This document shows positions 1-7,032 of a stretch of 10,520 bases of DNA, in pieces (positions within the stretch are counted from its first letter, which is position 1; each line of letters begins with the position of its first letter). The notes beneath the pieces were generated by a model. The model saw only the letters and a list, made by a program, of their open reading frames with translations. It made no database searches and had not been told where the DNA came from. This DNA is from Nitrospinota bacterium. GTDB taxonomy: Bacteria > UBA8248. The position numbers and the translations under genes were made by a program. The stretch spans positions 1-10,520 of the forward strand of contig JAYGFR010000303.1 of the NCBI GenBank assembly GCA_046581755.1, read 5' to 3'.

Positions 1-578
1 TCCAGGCCCGCTTTTTCGATGATCTCCAGATCCCGCCGGAGATAGTGAAGCCGGAACTCCTCCGGAGAGACCTCCCCCTGCACGGCCACGCCCCCGAGAA
101 AATCCACGCTTTTTTTGGGAGTCGGGGTATGGAGAATTAGGGGCTTCCCCGCAGCGGCGGCAATCCGCGCCTGGGCTTCCAGACAACGCGCCTGATCATC
201 CAGCTCCCAGGCGAGCTGGAAATACTGGGATGGGTCCAACCCCGCCTCGCCCACCGCCACGACGTGGGGATCTTCGAGATATCGGGGAAGCGCCTCTGTG
301 AGCTTTTCCCACCCCTCGACCCGGGTCATCGAACTGATCCCCACCGCGCACCGCAGCCGCATGAAGTATTTTTCTTCGGCCACCCGGGCAAGGCGGATGG
401 GCGAATCCCAGAAGCGGAAAATATCCTCCGCCGTGGGCGGGGCCTCCCAGATTTCGCGGTAGACGTGCGGATTTCCGCAAGAAAGGATCGCCCCCGCCAT
501 GCCGGTCATGGCGAAAAGCTCCCACTCGTCCCAGCTCAGGGCGTGCATGTGGTTATGACTGTCGATGTAGCGGCTCAT
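1..578 (-). CDS. TatD-family (COG1099-like) TIM-barrel metal-dependent hydrolase, 3'-truncated by the window edge
   Basis: Manual translation from ATG at 578 (SD-like AAGGA upstream) stays open to position 1: MSRYIDSHNHMHALSWDEWELFAMTGM...LPRYLEDPHVVAVGEAGLD...KPLILHTP...LEIIEKAGL. The D-x-H-x-H, VAVGExGLD and LHTP motifs are hallmarks of TatD-type amidohydrolases. Absent from the ORF track because there is no stop in the window. Confidence 0.88.
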   Translation of the reverse strand, partial: MSRYIDSHNHMHALSWDEWELFAMTGMAGAILSCGNPHVYREIWEAPPTAEDIFRFWDSPIRLARVAEEKYFMRLRCAVGISSMTRVEGWEKLTEALPRYLEDPHVVAVGEAGLDPSQYFQLAWELDDQARCLEAQARIAAAAGKPLILHTPTPKKSVDFLGGVAVQGEVSPEEFRLHYLRRDLEIIEKAGL

Positions 579-633
579 ATTGGTTTCCTTCTCAAAAACC
601 GCGTTTGTCCGCCGGAGGGGCCCGCCCGGTTTC

Positions 634-1092
634 CTACATCCACCTACCGCCGTCCGCCTTCATCCGAACCGTGCCCCCGACGACGATGGCAGCGCTGATC
701 AAAATCAAATTTTTGATAATGTACTGCCCCTCCAGCGTCAGCCCGAAAGGAAACTGGGTGAAGCAAACGTCGGGCAACAGGATGAGAGGCAAAACCGTTC
801 CCGGCATCTGAAGAAACAGGAGCAACAAGGCCACACGGAGGAGCGGCCGGAATAGGAGCCCGACCCCAATCGCCACCTCCCACAACCCAAGGATCGGGAC
901 AAATAAATCGGGTGAGAACCAGTACACTGTTCGCTTGACCAACTCTTCGGCCGGACTGACCCCGAGGGGCTTCAGGGCGCCGAACCAGATAAAGACGACC
1001 GCCAGGGAGAACCGGAGCAGGAGCGTTCCGTGCCTGTCCATCCATCCCGAAATCAGGGGGTCGATTTTTTCGAAATTCGCCTTCCAATCCAT
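634..1092 (-). CDS. DoxX/YkgB(DUF417)-like integral membrane protein
   Basis: About 4 hydrophobic segments with [25 protein letters not shown] and [11 protein letters not shown] motifs typical of DoxX-superfamily proteins. Start moved from 1122 to ATG 1092, which has GAGG upstream. Confidence 0.8.
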   Translation of the reverse strand: MDWKANFEKIDPLISGWMDRHGTLLLRFSLAVVFIWFGALKPLGVSPAEELVKRTVYWFSPDLFVPILGLWEVAIGVGLLFRPLLRVALLLLFLQMPGTVLPLILLPDVCFTQFPFGLTLEGQYIIKNLILISAAIVVGGTVRMKADGGRWM

Positions 1093-1142
1093 CGCGGGCC
1101 GCCTCTTCACCTCGGCAAACATTCCGCGCCCGGCGGGCGGGC

Positions 1143-2156
1143 CTACACCTTTCGCAGCTCGGGCAGGAGCTCATTCGAGATCAACTGCATGCTGTGGAGC
1201 GCCGTGGAGAGGGGCATTCCGGCCCAGTGGGTCCGGACGACGAGGTGGTTAATCCCAATCTCCTCCCAGCAGGGGCGAAGCTGCTCGTAGCACTCCTCGG
1301 GCGAGCCCAGGATAAAGCGGTCCCGGAGAAGTTCATCGAACGCCAGATCGAAGCTCTCGTCCCCGGGCATGGCCTCGTCCTGGCCCCACTTGAAATAGTC
1401 CTTGTATTTTCCGCTCAGGTAGGGTCCGCACATTTCCAGCGCCTCCCGGCGGTCCTTGGCGCAGAAAACCTCCTTGATGATCGGCACCTCGTCCGGGAAC
1501 GCCTTGCCGCACCGCTCGAGTTCGGCCTTGTAGAGGCCCATCTGGCGTACATTCGTGGCCGTCGTCGAGTGGGGGCTGACGAACCAGGCGTCCCCCAGCC
1601 GGGCGGCCCGCTCGACCGCCCCGTCGTTGTTGGCCGCGATCCAGATCGGGGGGCGGGGCTTCTGGACGGGCCGGATGTTCATGGTCACCGCGTCCAGCTT
1701 GCAGACCTCGCTTTCGTAGGTGATCTCCTCCCCGCTCCAGAGGCGCTGGACGAGATCGAGGCACTCCTCGAAGCGTGCGACGCGTTTTCCCTTGGGCACC
1801 TGAAATGCGTTGAATTCGACCTCCCGGTAACCGAGCCCGGCGCCGAAGATGAAGTTTCCCTTGGCGATAATATCGAGCGAGGCCACCGTCTCGGCGACAT
1901 AGACGGGATTGTGCAGGTTCAAAAGAAGGATTCCCAGCCCGATGGTCATCTCGCCCGCCTCGGCCGCCAGGCGCGCCAGGAAGGGAACGACCTGGAGCTG
2001 CTTGTTGTTCCCCTCGTTGAGGTAGTGCTGGCCGGTGAACAGAGAATCCCATCCGTTGTCGCGGGCGTGGTGGACCATGGCGTAATGCTCCTCGAGCGCC
2101 TCCACCATGTCGCGGTCCAGATACTGCTGGTTCGTGAGAAACAGTCCGAGCTTCAC
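1143..2156 (-). CDS. LLM-class (luciferase-like) flavin-dependent oxidoreductase
   Basis: KLGLF at the N-terminus, then [66 protein letters not shown] and GSPEEC. GTG at 2156 follows GGAAGGGAGG (track start 2180). Cofactor (FMN vs F420) cannot be determined. Confidence 0.92.
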   Translation of the reverse strand: MKLGLFLTNQQYLDRDMVEALEEHYAMVHHARDNGWDSLFTGQHYLNEGNNKQLQVVPFLARLAAEAGEMTIGLGILLLNLHNPVYVAETVASLDIIAKGNFIFGAGLGYREVEFNAFQVPKGKRVARFEECLDLVQRLWSGEEITYESEVCKLDAVTMNIRPVQKPRPPIWIAANNDGAVERAARLGDAWFVSPHSTTATNVRQMGLYKAELERCGKAFPDEVPIIKEVFCAKDRREALEMCGPYLSGKYKDYFKWGQDEAMPGDESFDLAFDELLRDRFILGSPEECYEQLRPCWEEIGINHLVVRTHWAGMPLSTALHSMQLISNELLPELRKV

Positions 2157-2170
2157 AGGCCCTCCCTTCC

Positions 2171-2202
2171 GGCGATTCACCGGCTGGGCGATTCACCGGC
2201 TG
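2171..2202. repeat. Perfect 16-bp tandem duplication (GGCGATTCACCGGCTG x2)
   Basis: 2171-2186 and 2187-2202 are identical. The second copy plus flank forms ATTCA-N5-TGAAT (2191-2205). Confidence 0.95.
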
Positions 2203-2220
2203 AATGTTTGTATGCCGATC

Positions 2221-2249
2221 ACCATATCCAGTGGCCCGCCGGATGACAA
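2221..2249 (-). promoter_or_regulatory. Putative sigma70-type promoter for the LLM gene (and possibly doxX and tatD)
   Basis: Minus strand reads TTGTCA (2249-2244), a 17-bp spacer, then TATGGT (2226-2221), about 65 nt upstream of the GTG start. Confidence 0.6.
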
Positions 2250-2296
2250 GAACGGATAATGCCGATGCCCGGGGCCGGGCCGTGCGGAGGGGGGGG

Positions 2297-2908
2297 TTAT
2301 TTGGCGCCGAACTCCTTGAGCTTTTCCCGGAGTTCCTTGGGAAGCCTCGGCTGGGCCAGTTTTAAATTTTTCCTTTCCAATATCCTGGCGCTTCGCTTGA
2401 GTTTCTCGACGGACTTCAGGAGCGCCTTGTTTTTCTTGTCGAGAGAGGCGATTTCATTTTCTTTTCCGGCCATGGCACGGGTCTGGCGCGCAATGAGAGA
2501 AGCAAGCCGCTCTTCCAACTTTCCCTTCTCGGCCCGGAGCCCGCTCAGATTTTTCTCGCTTTCATTCAGGCTCTCCCGGAGGGCGCGGACGGTTTTTTCC
2601 CCGTCGCCGAGTCTCCCCCTGGCCGAATCGAGTTCCTGTCCCCGGAGTATTAGCCTGGACACCAGCTCCTTGATCTCCTTGTCCTTGGCCCGGAGCCGAA
2701 TCCGCAGGGAAAACACCCGGCTCCCCCCATCAGTGAGTCCGGCGGGGATGGGCGCGGCGGCTCTCCGGCGCACTTCGGCGCTGAGGAGGCGGATGGTCCT
2801 CTCCCGGTTTTTCAGATTTCCGAACAGCGTGGAAATTTGCACGGAAACGGCCAAGCCCAAGATAACGATCAGGGCGCTGACGGCCCAGACCGCACGGCTG
2901 GATTTCAT
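2297..2908 (-). CDS. Hypothetical protein with an N-terminal signal/anchor helix and a long basic coiled coil
   Basis: ATG at 2908 preceded by GGGAGG. MKSSR is followed by hydrophobic AVWAVSALIVILGLAVSV, then K/E/L/R-rich heptad-like sequence. No family recognised. Confidence 0.75.
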   Translation of the reverse strand: MKSSRAVWAVSALIVILGLAVSVQISTLFGNLKNRERTIRLLSAEVRRRAAAPIPAGLTDGGSRVFSLRIRLRAKDKEIKELVSRLILRGQELDSARGRLGDGEKTVRALRESLNESEKNLSGLRAEKGKLEERLASLIARQTRAMAGKENEIASLDKKNKALLKSVEKLKRSARILERKNLKLAQPRLPKELREKLKEFGAK

Positions 2909-3025
2909 CCCGGCCTCCCGCCCCGGCGGCATGGCGGTGAATTTTCGAACATCGGCACCGGCGCTCTAAGGGCGGGACTGGAAGGGGCGGCGGGGGCGAA
3001 CGGGGGGCGGAAACCGTATTCCCTA

Positions 3026-3095
3026 TATAATGCGTCCGAATCGATTCCACCAGGGCGGCCGCCGTTTGGGAGAGATTCCGCGGCTGTGATAGGCT
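3026..3095 (+). promoter_or_regulatory. Candidate promoter elements for the AAA+/VWA pair
   Basis: Perfect TATAAT at 3026-3031 with no recognisable -35. Alternative: TTGGGA (3066-3071), 18 bp, TAGGCT (3090-3095) with an extended -10 TG. Palindrome GAATCGATTC at 3038-3047. Confidence 0.35.
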
Positions 3096-3137
3096 GATCG
3101 CCATTCCGGACCGCCTCTCTACCTTCTGGGGGTGCTC

Positions 3138-4181
3138 GTGTTCCAGACGACCGAAGAAGTCCGTGCCTCACTCGCCGAGCAGGACTATATCGCCAGCACC
3201 GAAATATGCACGGCCCTCTACCTCGCCGAGGGCATGGGGAAGCCCATCCTCGTCGAAGGCCCGGCCGGGGTCGGAAAAACCGAACTCGGCAAGGTCTGGG
3301 CCGCCGCGACTGGGCGGAACCTGATCCGCCTCCAGTGCTACGAAGGGCTGGATGAATCCAAGGCCCTCTACGAGTGGGAATACTCCAAGCAGATGCTCTA
3401 CACCCAGATTCTCCGGGACAAGGTTCAGCTCATGCTGACCGACGCGCCCACCCTCTCCGAGGCCGCCGACCGCATCGCCCGCGAGGAGGACGCTTTTTTT
3501 TCGGAGCGCTTTCTGCTCGCCAGGCCGCTCCTCCAGGCCATCCGCAACAAAGAGCCGACCCTTTTGCTCATCGACGAGATTGACCGCTCGGACACCGAAT
3601 TCGAGGCCTTCCTGCTCGAAGTCCTCAGCGATTTTCAGGTCTCCATTCCCGAACTGGGGACTATCCGCGCCGACAACCCGCCGGCCGTTATCCTCACCTC
3701 GAACAACACGCGCGAGCTCTCCGAGGCGCTCAAGCGCAGATGCCTCTACATTTTCATCGACTATCCCTCCGCCGATGCCGAACTCGAGGTCGTCCGCCTC
3801 AAGGTTCCGGGCCTGGCCGGCGAACTCGCCAAGGAGGCGGTCGCGTTCGTCCAGAATCTCCGCTCGATGGACCTCAAAAAGCGGCCGAGCGTGAGCGAAA
3901 CCCTCGACTGGGCGAAGGCCCTCCTCATGCTCAACGCCGACAAGCTCGACGAGGAGATGCTAAACACCACCCTGACCGTCCTCCTCAAAAACGAGCAGGA
4001 CGTCCTCCGCTCCAAGCGCAACCTGGCGGCCGAGCGGCGGCGGGCCGCCCAGGAGCCGAGATCGGACGAAGACCTCCTGGAGGAGCTCGAAGCCGACTTT
4101 CACCGCAAGGGGCGCCGCCGCAAGCGCGGACGCGGGCGCCCCGACGATCCCTTCTCCGGCTTCGAGAACCTGGAAAACTAG
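3138..4181 (+). CDS. MoxR-family AAA+ ATPase, CoxD-like
   Basis: Walker A GPAGVGKT, IRLQCYEGLD..KALYEW signature, Walker B LLLIDEID, EFEAFLLE, sensor/Arg-finger TSNNTRELSEALKRRC and PSVSETLDWA. Start is GTG 3138 (GGGGG upstream) or GTG 3132. Confidence 0.93.
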   Translation: MFQTTEEVRASLAEQDYIASTEICTALYLAEGMGKPILVEGPAGVGKTELGKVWAAATGRNLIRLQCYEGLDESKALYEWEYSKQMLYTQILRDKVQLMLTDAPTLSEAADRIAREEDAFFSERFLLARPLLQAIRNKEPTLLLIDEIDRSDTEFEAFLLEVLSDFQVSIPELGTIRADNPPAVILTSNNTRELSEALKRRCLYIFIDYPSADAELEVVRLKVPGLAGELAKEAVAFVQNLRSMDLKKRPSVSETLDWAKALLMLNADKLDEEMLNTTLTVLLKNEQDVLRSKRNLAAERRRAAQEPRSDEDLLEELEADFHRKGRRRKRGRGRPDDPFSGFENLEN

Positions 4182-4184
4182 TCC

Positions 4185-5579
4185 GTGGACAGCCGAATGG
4201 TCGAATTCGTCCAGGCCCTCCGCGCCTCGGGGGTGCGCGTCTCGCTCGCCGAGAGCGAGGATTCGTTCCGCGCCTCGTCCATCCTGGGGGTTTCCGACCG
4301 GGACCGTTTCAGGAGCGGGCTGCGCCTCACCCTCGTCAAGGAAAAGCGGGACCACGAAACCTTCGACCGCCTGTTTCCCCTCTTTTTCGGAATCGGCGCG
4401 CCCCCCACCCTCGACGCCATCGACGAAATGGGCGGGGAAGACGCCCAGCGCCTCATGGACGCTCTCGCCGAGATGACCGAAAACATGAGCCCCGAGGACC
4501 TGCGCCGGCTTCTCGAAAACCTCCTTCGCGGAAGGCCCCTTTCCCAGGACGAACTCGATCTGCTTGGCGAACAGGCGGGCCTGCCCATGGCCTCCCGCCC
4601 GGGCGAGGCCTCCTGGATGGAGCGGCGCATGCGGCGCGCCCTTGGCCTTGAAAAACTGATGGAAGCGCTCATGGAACTCCTCGAAGAGCTCGCCGCATCG
4701 GGCATGGCCGATGAACTGCTCGACCGCCTCGCCGAGACGGCCGGGATCAACCGCGAGGCCCTCGAAGCGCAAATCCGGAGCGAGATCGGCAAGGCCATCG
4801 CCCGGCGGATGCGGGAGGACTACGAATACCAGGACCCCATCGACGACGTGATGGAGCTTCCCTTCCGGGGGCTGGACGAGCGCGAGGCCGACCGCCTGCG
4901 CGATGAGGTCCGCCGCCTCGCCTCCCGGCTCAGGAGCCGCGCGGCGCTCCGCCACCGCCGGGCGCGAAAGGGGCGCATCGACATGCGGGGCACCATGCGC
5001 GCCAACATGCGCTACGGGGGCGTTCCCCTCGTGCTCAAGAAAAAGCGGCGCGTCATCAAGCCCAAGCTCCTGCTCATCTGCGACGTCTCCACCTCGGTCC
5101 GCCACTGCGCCGAGTTCATGCTCACCCTCATCTACGAGCTTCAGGACCAGGTCGCGCGCGCGCGGAGCTTCGCCTTCATCGACCGCCTCGTGGACATCTC
5201 CCTGTGGTTCGACGAGCACCCGCCGCGAAAGGCGGTCGAGATGGTGCTGGAGGAGCTTCGCTCGGGCCACTACAACACCGACCTCGGCGCGAGCCTGGCC
5301 ATGCTCTGCCGCGATCAGATGAGCCACATCGACGCGCGAACGACCGTCATCGTCCTCGGCGACGGGCGCAACAACTACAACGATCCCCGCCTCGATTGTC
5401 TCGAGGCCGTCAAGGCGCGCTGCCGCCGGATCGTCTGGATGAATCCCGAGGCGCCCTATCTGTGGGGCTCGGGCGATTCCGACATGCCCGCCTACCACCC
5501 CCTCGCGGACGCCGTTCACGAGGTCGGCAACCTCGCCCAACTGGCCAAGGCCGTGGATACCCTCTTCGATTACCGGTGA
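4185..5579 (+). CDS. VWA-domain protein, CoxE-like
   Basis: N-terminal FVQALRASGVRVS and FDRLFPLFF, GRIDMRGTMRANMRYGGVP, and MIDAS elements DVSTS, TDLG, VLGDGRNN, followed by WMNPE. Starts 3 nt after the ATPase stop. Confidence 0.92.
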   Translation: MDSRMVEFVQALRASGVRVSLAESEDSFRASSILGVSDRDRFRSGLRLTLVKEKRDHETFDRLFPLFFGIGAPPTLDAIDEMGGEDAQRLMDALAEMTENMSPEDLRRLLENLLRGRPLSQDELDLLGEQAGLPMASRPGEASWMERRMRRALGLEKLMEALMELLEELAASGMADELLDRLAETAGINREALEAQIRSEIGKAIARRMREDYEYQDPIDDVMELPFRGLDEREADRLRDEVRRLASRLRSRAALRHRRARKGRIDMRGTMRANMRYGGVPLVLKKKRRVIKPKLLLICDVSTSVRHCAEFMLTLIYELQDQVARARSFAFIDRLVDISLWFDEHPPRKAVEMVLEELRSGHYNTDLGASLAMLCRDQMSHIDARTTVIVLGDGRNNYNDPRLDCLEAVKARCRRIVWMNPEAPYLWGSGDSDMPAYHPLADAVHEVGNLAQLAKAVDTLFDYR

Positions 5580-5676
5580 TGCTTCGATATTCCGGAGGCA
5601 GGGGTTTCAACCGCTATCCATCGAATCGGAAGTGCGGGATGATTCCATTCGTATTCGGGCGGATTCGGACGCCGGC

Positions 5677-6132
5677 CTAGATCGTCTCCCCGCCGGGCCG
5701 GGCCAGGATGCATCCGCCGATCTTCCAGCCGCCGCCCGGCTGTCGCTCCATGACGTAGTAAGCGTTCACCGGCACGCCATCGGGGCCGAGCACCCAGACC
5801 TTCTGGAAAATTTGTCCCCCGGTTTCGATCAGTTCGAGAAACTTCACGCTCCGGGGCCGGTACACGGGCCGGTAGCCCCGCCGGACGATCTCCATGAAGC
5901 GTTCCGGCGTCTGGAACTGGGAGCGAATCGAGGGGGAGGCGTAGGAGAAAGCGGCGGCCCCGTCGTCGCGCCGAAAGGCGTCCATCTGGGCCCGGATGAC
6001 CTTCCGGATGGCCTGCCGGTCCCCGGCCGGGACGGGCGCCTGTCCGGGCTGCGCACCGGCCGGCGCGGCCGCCATGGCCATCGCTCCCCCAAATAAAACG
6101 ATCAGCGCCCCCATTCGCAGCGTCATGGGCAT
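5677..6132 (-). CDS. DUF4864-like exported protein
   Basis: Signal-peptide-like N-terminus, then AIRKVIRAQMDAFRRDDGAAAFSYASPSIRSQF, FMEIVRRGY.PVYRP and YVMERQPGGGWKIGGC, the pattern I recognise for DUF4864. Strong SD AAGGAGG. Confidence 0.85.
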   Translation of the reverse strand: MPMTLRMGALIVLFGGAMAMAAAPAGAQPGQAPVPAGDRQAIRKVIRAQMDAFRRDDGAAAFSYASPSIRSQFQTPERFMEIVRRGYRPVYRPRSVKFLELIETGGQIFQKVWVLGPDGVPVNAYYVMERQPGGGWKIGGCILARPGGETI

Positions 6133-6220
6133 CCGAATCCTCCTTGAATTTAGCCGCCGAAATTAGCTGCCGAGCCCATCATGTCTCGCCCCCGAATCTC
6201 ACACCCCCCGCCCTCGAACC

Positions 6221-6994
6221 TTACACCACCCTCCTCACCCCGGGATGTTGCTCGGAATATTTTTCGAGGGTTTCGACGTCATGGCCGGGGAAGATGAGGG
6301 TGGGCTTATCGGCCAACTCCTTGATGGTGTCCAGGGCGGCGAGACAATCGTCCACGTGGACGTGTATCCCCGGCGGGATCATCGACTCCAGGCTCCGGAA
6401 GAGGTAGGCGGCATCGACGGCGAGGACGGCCCAACCCTCCTCGGTGCGCACGCGGACGATCTGGAGGCCGGGGGTGTGGCCCCCGGTGAGGTGGACGGTG
6501 ACGCCGGGTGCGATTTCGGCCTCTCCGTCGAGGAGGTGAAGCCGGCCCTCTTCCTCGAGCCAGGCGGCGTCCTCCATGTCCCCCGTGAAATGGCGCAGGA
6601 AGTGATAGTCGCTCTTTGGGCTGCGCCAGTATTCGACCTCCCGGCGCTGGACATGAAATTGCGCCTCGGGATAGAGCCGGGCGGCGCAAAAATGGTCCCA
6701 GTGGAGGTGGGTGAGGATGACCGTCCGCACCTCGGCGGGCGCCAGGCCAAAGGGCGCGAGCAGCTCGCGCGGCCGGCGGTAGGCCTCGAACATGGCGTAC
6801 CTTTTCTTGTGGTCTCCCTCGAGGAAGCCGGTGTCCACGAGGATAGGCTCCCCCTCTTCGGGCACGAGGATCCAGAAAAAATAAGGGAGCCGGACCCGGT
6901 GGCCGACATGGGTGAGATAAAGAAGAAACGATGCGTCACACTCGCGCCAGCCCTGGCACAAGGCGTGAATCCGGTAGGTGATTCCGGCGGCCAT
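6221..6994 (-). CDS. Metallo-beta-lactamase-fold hydrolase, N-acyl-homoserine lactonase (AiiA/AttM-like) family
   Basis: ILVDTG, THLHWDH (HxHxDH), GHTPG, AVDAAY and PGHD motifs. SD GGAGG upstream. The true substrate is unknown. Confidence 0.88.
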   Translation of the reverse strand: MAAGITYRIHALCQGWRECDASFLLYLTHVGHRVRLPYFFWILVPEEGEPILVDTGFLEGDHKKRYAMFEAYRRPRELLAPFGLAPAEVRTVILTHLHWDHFCAARLYPEAQFHVQRREVEYWRSPKSDYHFLRHFTGDMEDAAWLEEEGRLHLLDGEAEIAPGVTVHLTGGHTPGLQIVRVRTEEGWAVLAVDAAYLFRSLESMIPPGIHVHVDDCLAALDTIKELADKPTLIFPGHDVETLEKYSEQHPGVRRVV

Positions 6995-7032
6995 TCAAGA
7001 GTCCCTCCATGGTGCGTCAATTATATGTTTTT

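Noticed and set aside
196..855. Track ORFs 196-525(-), 264-698(+), 580-855(+), 605-811(+)
   Set aside because: They overlap the TatD-like gene (a different minus frame from 578) or the DoxX-like gene, have no motifs, and look like shadow ORFs.
1194..2246. 350-aa plus-strand ORF and 287-aa alternative minus-frame ORF
   Set aside because: Antisense or out-of-frame shadows of the well-supported LLM gene; long stop-free frames are expected at high GC.
2259..2969. 236-aa Ser/Phe/Leu-rich plus-strand ORF
   Set aside because: Its composition mirrors a Lys/Glu-rich antisense gene, and the minus-strand ORF has an SD and a coherent architecture.
2909..3137. Possible tRNA or ncRNA in the 229-bp intergenic region
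   Set aside because: No cloverleaf, T-loop/CCA arrangement or recognisable RNA family.
3138..5579. AAA+/VWA pair as an anti-phage or conflict system
   Set aside because: The sequence signatures are CoxD/CoxE-type, there is no nuclease or effector gene, and there is no mobile-element context.
5580..5676. Bidirectional terminator between the convergent genes; recurring ATTC words
   Set aside because: No strong GC hairpin with a T-tract on either strand, and the ATTC words are too short and irregular to call a repeat.
3740..5680. Long ORFs 3960-5540(-), 3740-4651(+), 4178-4798(-), 5204-5680(+)
   Set aside because: Shadows of the AAA+/VWA genes: Arg/Pro/Gly-rich or antisense, with no motifs.
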